Source: Penicillus capitatus (lineage: Eukaryota; Plantae; Chlorophyta). Taken from it: a DNA stretch of 64,000 nt. The stretch is taken from positions 175,797 through 239,796 of the forward strand of contig OZ287716.1 in the NCBI GenBank assembly GCA_965649825.1, in the 5' to 3' direction. A program made the position numbers and the translations under genes. Positions 22,993-34,519 of this stretch are shown piece after piece. Below the pieces are notes generated by a model. It ran no database searches. It was not told the origin of the DNA and saw only the letters and a list, made by a program, of their open reading frames with translations. Each line of letters starts with the position of its first letter. The stretch's first letter is position 1.

Positions 22993-25704
22993 ATGTCTTC
23001 GCTTACCGCCGACAGGACGACTTCGTCTGTTTCTTTGGACGTTTCGTCGATCGCCTCCATCACCAATCCCGCCGAAGTGGCCAAACTGCTCAATGATGTC
23101 ATCCACGAAGAAAGGACAGTCGGCGGACAGCTGGAGGAGATGCTGCAAAGGCACAACGCTTTTGAGGACATGCTTCGAAGCGTTGTCCACGAGACTGAAG
23201 AAGTATTCGATGTGCCATCCGCTTCGGTAGACCAGTGAGAATGCACAGGTCTTGGAGGTCGTCCATGCAGATGCTGAGCAGCTGCTGAATTACGTGGAGG
23301 ATGCATCGCATGTGGCGGAAGGTATCAGTCACACCGTCAAAGCACTCGACACGACACAGTCGAATGTCAAAGCTGCCCTGGATCATATCAAACTGCTGAC
23401 GGATCGGTCGAGATTCTGCCACGCGGCATCTCACACTGATTACTGGTTGGTTGGTGTGCAGGAGTTCCTGTGTTCTGCGTCTGCGCGAGAGCATGGACAA
23501 AAGGGAATACGAATCTGCTGCCGAGTGCATTGCCCAATTTCACTCGTTGGAGAACGAACTCGCTCAACCGCCTGAGACACATCAGCGACAGGTGGCGACT
23601 CCTGCATGTTCTCTCTGGGTTTTGGATCATGGGTCCCGAAGATGGTGGAGGAATCTAAGACGATCTTGCTGGATCTCGTACGCAATCACTTGAATAAGGC
23701 TATTCAGAAGGATGATACCGATGCTGTCCTGCGATTCACGATGCTCTTTCTACCTTTGGAAAGACGAGAAGAGGGATGTCAGCTCTTCTCTGGATATCTC
23801 AGAACGCGAGTGGCACGAACGGGTCATGAAGCTTACCAAAAGCTCTCGGCGGCGTTAGAGTCGCGCTCGGCAGCTTCGCCCTTTGTCGGCCATCTTTCAG
23901 ATCTCTTTCGTTTCGTGGCTGTCGCCGCTGACAGTCATCAACAAGTTTGGACGCCGTCATGCGTGCCATCCATACAAAAGTTTCAGACGGCAGGTTTTCG
24001 TGGATGCATTTGGCAAAGATGCTGCTTTGGACACGATGCTGCACCTGCACAATGAGTGCGACGCGTACGGATGCCGCATCTTGAAGAGATTCCTGGAAGA
24101 GCGAAATCTGAAGAGGATCGTCCAAGACATCGGTCTACACAGAAAGAAAGAACTCAGTAAGTGCTTGACAAAGCATCCATGCTTCTCATTCAAAGCGCTG
24201 ACAACCAACAGGCGCCGTCAGTGGAGCCGCCTCCAGCCTGGATCCAAGAAACGCGGAAACCACTTTGCTTGAGATTCTGGGTCTGGTGCGGCGATGTGAG
24301 GAGTACAACGATCTCATGACGAACAAAGTGCATGACGTTTCGCATCCACATCCTCCAACACCATCCAAGTCAGATCCAATGTCCGTGGTTCTCTCTGAAT
24401 CCGACTGTCAGGCTATCCGAACTGCGTGAGAGTCAGATCGGTTCGCTCAGTCGCGAACTGTCTGGCTATTATGTCACTCTTGAGGAGTTCTACATGGAGG
24501 AGACCGTCAGGAAGGCCATCAGCATCAACAAGCAGGTCTGTCTCGGTATCCATGCACTTGGCCGGGGCTCAGGGGTGGGTGGTGGATGGCTGCTAGATTT
24601 CTGGCAGCTTGGTGACTTCTATGGTGGACGACGTTTTCTTCATCGCCCGCAAGAGCGCCATGCGTGCCATCTCTTCGCACAATGTCCCTTGCGTCTGTGC
24701 CGTGATGTCTTTGATGCACAGCCTCTTGACGAAGGATTACTTCGCCGCGCTGCAGAAATCGAACAACAACGGACCGACCTCCTTCCTCCACGCCATCCTT
24801 TCCGACCAAGAGGTCTTCCGCACAACGCACACCATACGCAGGATGGAATCAGGGATCGCAGGCAGGAGAGGAAGTGCAGTCGTTCAGTCTGTTTCTGAAC
24901 AATTTGCGCGTTTCGTTAACATACGTGACAAAGCTGAAGTCCGAACTGGAGGCGCATATCGCAGATGCGTTCCAGATCTCGAACGAAAGGGAAATCGCAT
25001 CTTCGCTCTTGGGTGCGCTTCCAGAACCACAGCATCAACGTTCAGAATGAGACGAGTGTGAATCGGCAGATGATCTGGAGACGATGGTCAGTGGCCTTGA
25101 GCGTCTGCTCTCTGCCAAGAGTGGCCATCTTAGCGACGCTACGGTGGCAAAGCTCATGCCAGTGTTTCAAGAGATCGCAAGCATGGACTATCAACTCAAT
25201 GAGACGACGTTCGAGCAGCTCGCCGACAGCGAGACCTGGGCCCATCGCATTGTCGCCGCTGTTCGCAGCTTCTCGGCAGCTCTCGAGGCGGTGTTCGTCC
25301 CCGACAACCACTCAGAGGTCACGCGCTCGCTTCTCCGGAAAGAGAAGAGACTCTATCGCGTTGTGCAGATCCTGAATCGCGTGCTGCAGTCCTTTGTCTC
25401 CAGATGTGAAGCTTACTTCATGCAGAAGACGTTTAACCAGTTAGGAGGCCTGCAGTTCGACAAAGACATTCGACTGCTACTTTCGCACTTCTCCGAGATC
25501 TACCAGAGCTCAGTCCGAGAGAGATTCGCACGTCTGACGCAGATGGCTACCATTCTGTGCTTCGAGAGCGTGGAGGAGATGTTGGATTACTGGGGAGATG
25601 AAGGAGAGAGCATCAATTGGCGATTGAGTCCAGCCGAAATCAAAACCATTCTGAAACTGCGCAACGATTTTAGCGAGGCCAACATCTCAGCCCTGTTGTT
25701 GTAA
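22993..25704 (+). CDS. COG4: Conserved oligomeric Golgi complex subunit 4, multi-exon
   Basis: VLEVVHADAEQLL...LDTTQSNVKAAL; EYESAAECIAQF; YVTLEEFYMEETVRKAI; TSMVDDVFFI; KTFNQLGGLQFDKDIRLLLSHF...RERFARLTQMATILCFE...WRLSPAEIKTILKLRNDF. Confidence 0.93.
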
Positions 25705-25706
25705 GA

Positions 25707-26695
25707 ATGCTTTCTGCTCCATCCCTAGTGCCTGGCGACGACGCGAGTCGACGTCAAGAAATCGACCGAACCTTACAGCGCCTGGCGGAACTGCGCGCAC
25801 AACCTGAACAGAATATCAAAGCCTGTCACGATAGGTGGGTGCACGCACGACAGCTGTCTCGTCCATCTAGGTCCCTGTGAATGCGGTCGGATTCTTTGAA
25901 GGTCGGGTGCTGCAAGCAGAACGTGTTTTTGTCGATCTTGGCTGTCAATACGTGGTCGAGTGCTCGGCAGATCAAGCTGAGGCCATTCTCACACGCAGGC
26001 GACATTCCCTGGGTTTCCCTCTCTGTCAGACTTGACGGAGATGACTTGCTCCTTGCAGAGCCATCGGAGGAAACCTGCATGTCTGAAGAAGCCGATGCGT
26101 GCCAAGAGAGTGGAGCAGCCATGCAAGCCATGTCGACTGAACGAGGTTACCGATTGCAGGCGGAGATCTCTTCTGTGCGATTGCTTTTTGCCTTCAGAGA
26201 TGAAGAGTGACATGACAGATGATGAAATCGAATCGATGCTGGAATCGCTGGAGAGACTCGAGAAAGAGGCCGAAGCCGAATCTCGGCAAGGTACTTCCAC
26301 AAAGACAGTCAGATGCTTTGACAGTGGAGTTCGTGTCCTCGATAGCTAAAGCTGAAAACAAGAAGGGACTGAAGAAAGGATTCCTGCTGCCGAGACACCA
26401 ACCAAACGCTCGGCCATCTGCAAAACCGAAGGCTGTTCACTGCTCTCTCCCCGTTTCTCTCGAATCAGGGACAGCGTCGCCGATGACCACTGAGCAAAAG
26501 GATGAACAACCCGTCTGCGTCTCGGATACGGTGCGAGAGAGGGACACGCGAACGGATGAGATCATAGAGGACACTGGCACCGAGAAGGTAGGCATCTCCG
26601 CATCGGCCAATGTGTAACGGCTCGAAGTTCTTTAGACAGACAAGAGGATGTCACTCTTTAAGAAAAGACTGCTCGAAGGACGTCGTAATATATAG
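25707..26695 (+). CDS. URI1: URI1/Bud27-like unconventional prefoldin-alpha RPB5 interactor, multi-exon
   Basis: Prefoldin-alpha segment NIK|VPVNAVGFFEGRVLQAERVFVDLGCQYVVECSADQAEAILTRRR; acidic DDEIESMLESLERLEKE; LKKGFL; C-terminal RMSLFKKR. First intron is GC-AG (25821-25870). Confidence 0.75.
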
Positions 26696-27267
26696 TTCCT
26701 CATCTGTCATGGCTTCTCACGGACAAGAGTAAAATGCTCACGGGGAAAGGCGCACTCCGCTGCTTGGGTCTTGATAAATAAGGTTGACGACTAAAATATC
26801 GTCGGACACAAGTTGACTGGCAGAGAGCACGAAGCACAACGCTGCACAAACCTGTTCTGAAAGTACATGTTTCGATTCGGTGATATCCAACGGTCGACCA
26901 GTCAGACGTTTCGCGTTTGGCGTCTATCTGTCTGTGGCATCTTGCGCGTCTGCATACGCAATCCAGGGAAGCATACCAGTAAGCTTCTCGCGGCATCCTT
27001 GCTCGGTATCCATTCCAACACTCAAAGATGCGTATTGGCGACAAAAAATGATTAGCTTCTGAAGTGCGAAACTGCAAGGTAACAGCATGCAATGCTTTAT
27101 AAAAGAACGGGTGCTCTTCGTTGTAACAGTGTCTGCGGCTGCTGCTTTGTGTCCTCCACCAGAAATCTCGTGACTATTACTGTGACGCTTGTCTGTGCAA
27201 TTACCAACATCCTATGCCCTTTCACCGACACCTGGCCACGCGCCGCCACCTGTCTCCGCGTTCAGAG

Positions 27268-27851
27268 ATGTCTCTTGCGCAAGGTCTGAGCAAAAGTGGC
27301 GTGCTCTTGCCTGAGACTGCGTTATGTCGCTGCACAGCGATTCTACTGCTGTGCGCTGTCCTTCTCGCGTCGGTTGCCGCCGAAGATCCGGCTGCACCTT
27401 TCTTTTGTCTCGCGCCGCCGGAGGGCGACTGGTTCGTCGAGCACCACTTCCGCCCGGACCTGGCAATGATACCATCGTGCTGCAGGCACACAGCATTCTG
27501 AAGCTCCGAAAGGAAGCCACTCCATACGTGTACACAGGTGAGGGGAGCATCTCTCATGGACGTGGAAACCACCGAATCGGTTTTTGCATTCTAGGCAACG
27601 GTGCGGGTATCTGGACTAATCCCCAGAGTCCCCTGTTCCCAGCAGACACCCCTTTGACATGCAAACTGATAGGACTCTTCAATACGGATAAATGCGTCCT
27701 GTCCGGAGCGATGTTCAATCTTGAAACGACGGCTGTGGATGCAGCTCTCTGGATATACGACGGCGAGAAACTGAGCGGTTCATTCACCGCGATGCATAAC
27801 GGATCTGTGATGCTCACCGCACTGAGTCATCATGTTATCAATCCCCTTTGA
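27268..27851 (+). CDS. Small secreted orphan protein 'gene Y' (~177 aa), possibly a beta-barrel/lipocalin-like fold. Exons 27268-27435, 27486-27851
   Basis: Signal-peptide-like AILLLCAVLLASVAA-ED. A 50-bp GT..CAG intron joins ..EGDWF to AHSILKLRKE...HHVINPL* in frame. The mature part is Cys-containing and beta-rich. Confidence 0.65.
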
Positions 27852-28609
27852 ATCGATTGCTGAGATGTGTGCCGAATTCGCTCATCAGTTTTCATCTTGC
27901 TTCTCTATGCAGCAGCCATTACTGCCCCATTGTTATGCTTTGTTGCTGTTAATCAGATTGCCGAAAGTTGCTGACGCCGAGATTCATGTCCAGACTGAAA
28001 CTAAGAACTGCATTCGGTTGTCGCGTGCAATGAGTTCCTATTGATCGATGTCTGGATGTGCGAGCGTTCTTTCAGCTAGCACAGTCTATGACAGCCATCT
28101 CCTGCATTTTCTAAGAGTGCAAAGTTGCTCCTGATGTTGCGAACTGTTCTTCATCAGGTCGATATACCTTGTCCATTCTGACGCTGTGTTTCTGATTGTT
28201 TGCGTACGGAAGCCGGCACACATATATTGAACGTCGGAATCGCACACATTACACCATACAAATATTGTAAAAGTCAAAATTCTCTCCAATTTTCTTTGTT
28301 GTATTACGACGCGAGTCAGCACACACGGACTCTTCACATGTGCAGCATCTTCGAAGCTGACCAGATGTAGAACGACGGAAAGTTAGGGATTCAAACAGCG
28401 AACATAGAAGATCTCACTCTCTTCATGTCACTGAACAATTCAACAGCATCTCCTTGGTATAGACAGCCTTCAAGGCGACATTACACTGGCCTTGCCTCAG
28501 AATAGGTGACCAGTGAAACAGATCTTTCGGCAAAGAAAAAAGACTTTCTTGCAACGACACAAGCAAAATGACATACATCCTCCGGGACAGACAGACATCG
28601 ACAAGGATA

Positions 28610-30640
28610 TCCACGACGGCCTCTCTCAGCCGCCAGAGAAAGGGCTAGGCGCCCACGGCGAACTCCAGCAGCCGCCAGATGTCGGGAAGATGATGGCTGA
28701 CGGCCTCTCTCAGCCGCCAGAGAAAGGGCTAGGTGCCCACGACGGCTTTTCTCAGCCGCCAGATGTCGAGATGATGATAGCCGACGGCCTCCACTGGCCG
28801 CCAGACGTTGTGCAGGTGATCCATGACGGCTTCTCTCAGCCGCCTTACGTCGGGAACATCATGGCCGACTGCCTCCACTGGCCGCCAGACGTCGGGATGA
28901 TCATGGCCGACGGCCTCTCTCAGCCGCCAGAGAAAGGGCTAGGCGCCCACGGCGAACTCCAGCAGCCGCCAGACGTCGGGAGGACATCGCTGACGGCCTC
29001 CACTGGCCGCCAGACAATAGGGCTAGGTGCCCACGACGGCCTCTCCCAGCCGCCAGATGTGGTCAGGCCATCGCTGACGGCCTCCACTGGCCGCCAGACA
29101 ATAGGGCTAGGCGCCCACGACGGACTCTAGCGGACGCCAGAATGAGGGCTAGGCGCCCCGACGGCTTCTCCAGCAGCCGCCAGACGTCGGGAGGACATCG
29201 CTGACGGCCTCCACTGGCCGCAAGACTAAAGGCTAGGCGCCCCGGCGGTCTCTCTCGGCCGCCAGACGTCAGACAGGTGATTTCTGACGGTCTCTATCAG
29301 CCGCCAGACGTCGGGATGATCATGGCTGACGGTCGCCACTGGCCGCCAGACGTCGGGAGGACATCGCTGACGGCCTCCATTGGCCGCCAGCAAGCAGGTA
29401 GGGAGTTGACGACGGCTTCCACCAGCCGCCAGCAAGCAGGTAGGGAGTTCACGACGGCTTCCACCAGCCGCCAAACGTTGTGCAGGTGATCCACGACGGC
29501 CTCCACTGGCCGTCAAACGTCAGGTAGAAAGCCGCCACGACGGCCCTCGCGTCGCTGAGAAGGCCTCCAGTAGCAGCAGGAGATAGAGCAGGATGCCGCC
29601 ACGAGATTCCTCCAGTAACAGCGGGAGATAGAGTAGGTCGCCCAAGACGGCCTTGCGCCGCCGCCAGACGTCAGGTAGGACGCCCAAGACGGCCCTCGGT
29701 CGCTGAGAAGGCCTCCAGTAGCAGCAGGAGATAGAGTAGGACCCGTCACGACGGCCTCTCTTGGCCGCCAGACGTCGGGAAGATCATCGCTGACGGCCTC
29801 CAGAGGCCGCCAGCACCGCCAGCACGCAGGTAGGGAGTTGACGACGGCCTCCACTGGCCGCAAGACTAAAGGCTAGGCGTTCCGGCGGTCTCTCTTGGCC
29901 GCCAGTCGTCAGGAAGATCATCGCTGACGGCCTCCATTGGCCGCCAGCAAGCAGGTAGGGAGTTGACGACGGCCTCCACTGGCCGCCAGACGTTGTGCAC
30001 GTGATCCACGACGGCCTCCAATAGCCGCCAGATGTCGGGATGATCATGGCTGACGGTCGCCACTGGCCGCCAGACGTCGGGAGGACGCCCAAGACGGCCC
30101 TCGGTCGCTGAGAAGGCCTCCAGTAGCAGCAGGAGATAGAGTAGGACCCGCCACGACGGCCTCTCTTGGCCGCCAGACGTCGGGATGATCATGGCTGACG
30201 GTCGCCACTGGCCGCCAGACGTCGGGAGGACGCCCAAGACGGCCCTCGGTCGCTGAGAAGGCCTCCAGTAGCAGCAGGAGATAGAGTAGGACCCGCCACG
30301 ACGGCCTCTCTTGGCCGCCAGAGAAATGGCTAGGCGCCCACGGCGAACTCCAGCGGCCGCTAATGTCCGGCAGGTCATCGCCGACGGCCTCTCTCAGCCG
30401 CCAGACGTTGTGCAGGTGATCCATGACGGCCTCCAATAGCCGCCAGAGCGTGCGGGTCGGTCTCCAGCGACGGCCAGAGATCAGGTAAGACGTCCATGAC
30501 GACCCCCAGCAGCCGCTAGACATCAGGTAGTTGTACGCATGATGGCCTCCAATGACGGCTAGGGCAGTGAGTATGACGCCCACGAAGCCTCTAGTTACGA
30601 CCAGACATCAAGTAGGTCGCCAACGATGGCGTCCAATCGC
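28610..30640. repeat. Array R3: roughly 45-50 palindrome-core ~42-bp monomers
   Basis: Same core and linker classes as R1 and R2. It starts at the same unique/repeat junction as R2 (..GACATCGACAAGGAT(G/A)TCCACGACGGC). Confidence 0.92.
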
Positions 30641-30769
30641 AGAGTTGGCCTCCAGCAACAGCGAGAAAGCAAGTAGATTTTCCACGGTCTCCGGCAAGAC
30701 AGCAAAAGAGGCATGTAGAACATCCATAACGAACTCCAATGTCAGCAAGCAGCAAATAGAAGATCCATG

Positions 30770-31030
30770 ACGTCCTTACGGCTTCCAACAACAACAGGAC
30801 ATCGGGCAGGTGGACCATCTGTAAAAGCCTCCGGGCCTCCAGCAGCGACAACAACAACAGGACATCGGGCAGGTGGATTATCTTTGAAGGCCTCCGGGCC
30901 TCCAGCAGCAGCAACAACAGGACATCGGGTAGGACACGCCAGCCTCCGTGCAGCAGAACATCGAATGGATCATCTGTGACTCTCTCCAGCCTCCAACAAC
31001 AGCGAGACATCGGGTAGGACACGCCAGCCT
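30770..31030. repeat. Degenerate ~60-63-bp tandem repeat
   Basis: AACAACAGGACATCGGG(C/T)AGG recurs (CAGGAC at 30795, 30858, 30918). Confidence 0.7.
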
Positions 31031-31173
31031 CCATGCAGCAAAAAAGCAAATATTGCACACCGGCCTCTATGCAAAAGACAGCCAACACAGAGCCAACCAC
31101 AACAAAGCGATGGTGGAATGGCATAAAACGTCACATGAAAGAAAACAGCCCCTTTATTCTTTTATTCTTTTAT

Positions 31174-31197
31174 AGTCACACTTTTCAAAGTGTGACT
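31174..31197 (-). terminator. Conserved 3' stem-loop of gene X3
   Basis: AGTCACACTTT-TC-AAAGTGTGACT, an 11-bp inverted repeat in T/A-tracts. Function inferred. Confidence 0.5.
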
Positions 31198-31292
31198 GTT
31201 TATTTTTTTTATTTTTTTTTGTTTTTATATTTCTTCCCCCTAAGAAAACAGCTTGAAAAAACCAGAGATCCAGATCTGACCCCTTGTAAATG

Positions 31293-32410
31293 CTAATTCT
31301 GTATCGTCACCTACAAAAAACAAATAATAAGAGTGACTATTAAAGAGATTGACTTACGCATTGTCCCGACATAAAGAAGAGACGCTGTGGAATGACTGGC
31401 GGACAGATCTGGATGCACTGACCTGACATGAAATAGGGACGGGGATGGAATCCGGGTGGACTGACTGAAAAAATGAAAGGACGGGGAGGGATAGGTGGTG
31501 GTTGACAAAAGGAAAAAAGGGATGTTCGTTTAGGGAAGGGAGGAGGATTAGCAGGGAGAGAGAAAAACAAGGGGCGAGAGGGAATTAGAGGGGCGGGTGA
31601 AGCGGGAATGCAGAATACTTGAGGCCGAGGGGGGAACAAGGGAGATTGAACAGGCAGAGAGGAGGCAGGAGACTGGACATGTTGGGAGGAGGCTGTCGAG
31701 TAGGCTGGCGCAGCTGGCGCAGGGGACCACTCCATGTGGAATGGCTGGGCAAGGTGGGAGGCTAGCGGCGCTGCAGGCTGCGCGACGGGAGGAGGTGTGG
31801 CAGGCTGCGAGGAGGCCGGCGGCGCATCAGGCTGGGAGAAGGAGGCATGCGGCTGGAAGGCATGCGGCGGCGCGACTGGCTGGAAGGCGGCGGGAGGCGG
31901 CTGAGCTGCAGGCTGGCCCTCTTGGGCCAACCGCGCTTGCCTCTCCGCGGCCGAGAGGACCCTAGCCCTGCGCCCGGGCCGAGGCTGTGCGCTTTGGTCC
32001 CTATTGGGACCAAAGCGTACAGGAGGGGTCTGAGCAGCCACATGCTCCTGACCCCTCAGTGCGGTCGATTGGGCCTTGAGGTCCCAATACAACCGCACCC
32101 TCGCGGCCTCGTCCAGGCCCACGAAGGCCCTGGGTGGTTGATTTCCCAGGACTTCCCGTAAGGTCACCTGGGCGAAGCTACAGAACACAGAGGTAAGAGA
32201 TCTATAGAAGAACAGGGCGGCCATGCTTCGACGAGTCGCGCGTAACCGCCAGCGTTTGGACTGCAGCTAGACGCTTGCATGTGCGCAGCAAGCGTCCAGG
32301 CCGCAGTCTAGGCGCTCCGTAGCGCGCGACTCGTCGAAGCATGGCCGCAGGACTCACGGTTTGCCCGGATAGCCGTAATCAGCTTCCGTATGCATGTGTG
32401 CGTCAGCCAT
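31293..32410 (-). CDS. Orphan Pro-rich protein 'gene X' copy 3 (~296 aa). Exons 32410-32358, 32177-31358, 31310-31293
   Basis: MADAHMHTEADYGYPGKP-FAQVTLREVLG...SGQC-VTIQN*. Same splice architecture as the other copies, with a 47-bp last intron. Confidence 0.8.
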
Positions 32411-32504
32411 CGTCGTGGAAGTCTGTCGTCAAAGAGAGCAGCGAAGATCGCAGAAAACGACACAGGAAACTCGAAACTCGAGTGCAGAAGGGTTGCGATA
32501 GGAC

Positions 32505-32511
32505 TTTTATA
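32505..32511 (-). promoter_or_regulatory. TATA box of gene X3
   Basis: CCTATAAAAG on the minus strand, in the conserved context. Confidence 0.65.
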
Positions 32512-34519
32512 GGCCGCCTCGGTTGCCGAGCGCGGCCTGCGGCTGGCGGCCGGGAACCGTGGCCGTTTGGCGGCGCTGCATGCGCCGCCGGACAAAGAAT
32601 CGGCCGCCAGACGGCCAGAAACGCAGAGTACTGTCGTCGGGATGCGCGTCGCGAAAGGGAGAGCGTTTCCTGTAGCTTAGCGAAGTGTTTTACAGGAAAA
32701 ATTCCTTACAGTTTGTCCGTGTGCTCCGCGCTGTGTGTAACGCGCATGCGTTCTCTGCGGATGTTCCGACGCGGATCTCCGAACGGTCAACCGCTCGACT
32801 CAGCTCCGCGTTGCCCGAGCAGAGGAACGCGGCGGGCGTTCTCTTTTGCAGAAGCGGCACGGACTCTACGTCTGGACGGCCGTCTGTTTCGGGCGTCTCC
32901 GTCGCAAACGCCGTCGACAGGGCGATCTGCGCGGTGTAACGCGAATCGGTTCCATGAACTGTCGACGGCCCTAACTCCCTCGAACAAGGAAGGCCGAACC
33001 GAACGACGCCTTCTGCGAGAACATGACGGCCACGGAGTCGTCGTTTCAGTTTATGCTTGCGCGTAGTGTCGAGGGAGCGTTTTGGAGGACGCTGTTCTCT
33101 GCGATCGACGAAGTCGGTCGCTTTCTATGACAGCTGTGCATGACTGCTGCTTAGTCTGCAAAGCCATCGATCAGACGGTTTCGAGGACCACCTGTCTAAT
33201 GGCGCTGTCGATCGCAGTCGGGGCCAGTTGCGATCCGATGCTACCGCCTACCTTCTCTCCGGCGTATTCCACAGTGCAGAGCGCACCAAAGAGGCAGATT
33301 GTCATTGGAACGGGCTGGTATGCTGCTGTATTCTCATCGAAGTCGTCTATACCGTGTCGTTTTAGAGTCTAGCCAGTTCTGATGTTACGAGTCCTGCGAC
33401 GGAGAACGTCCGTTTTTGTTTAGAGACCACTTGTCGAAGATCTCTGCAATGAAAGACCAATAACTACCGCTAAGTGTTCTGCGTGAGTGGGCCGTTCCAG
33501 GATGATGTCGTCAGTGCTGGCGATATTCTCCTACATGGTAAATTCACTGTGGAATACATGATCGACACTATTGTCTAGTTAGCTCTTCCTCTGCCTTTTG
33601 GGCTTGACATTCGGCATTCCTTACAGAACACCGAGATGCACACCATGTATCATTCTTTCATCTAACGAGGAATCTTCGCAGTGCTGGGCGAATCGCGCAG
33701 GCAATGTCCGTTGAACGATTTTTTGTTGACCATAACAAGTCTAGAGTTTGTACAACATGATTACTTCAAACATTGCGTTTAGCTCTACGTCAGCCAACAA
33801 CAACTGGCTTCGCCAATACCGTTATACGGTCGGTCGGTAATGTCTATCTCGCCTGAGCGCTCTGATGAATGGCATAAGAACCAAAACTGAAAACGATGTG
33901 CGAGTGGCGATTTACCATTTCGCTTCCCTTCTCAGCAGACAACCTTTCCACAGAAGAATGGTCTTTCACCACAAGAATGACTGCTGCCTTGATCTCGCAA
34001 ACGACCATTTCGTTAGAAGCAACATTCTTATATCTCTCCGCCTCCTAACGAATATCTTTGCATTGTATACTTGAATGTCAACTGAACATGTCAATACTCT
34101 CCAGAAAACCATTAGTATGATGACACCTTTGCATCGATCTTGGATGCTCGTTATCAAACGGGTTCATGACCCTGTCTCCAAGAGCCTTTCATTGGCGACC
34201 TCATCGACAGCACCATTAAGATATCATGAGGGAACGGATGATTGTAGACATTCCCCTTAAGCTGTCTAACCGTCATAGCCGCGTTTTTGTAAGAAGCGAA
34301 GGAGGTCAAGTCACTGTCTTGCAAGTTGCTAGACGATACGCCCTTCGGTCAGCTTTTGTCTTTTAATCTTCAATGCTGCTGCGCTTTGCGAACTAAGTCT
34401 TTCTCCAAACGACAACGCTTAGAGAAGTCAAAACGCAACGGCTCGTATTATCTCTCTCTTGAGCAGACGACTGAGTAACGTTGCAGCTGTTGACGGTGTT
34501 GCGTTTTGCTCTCTGAGTC

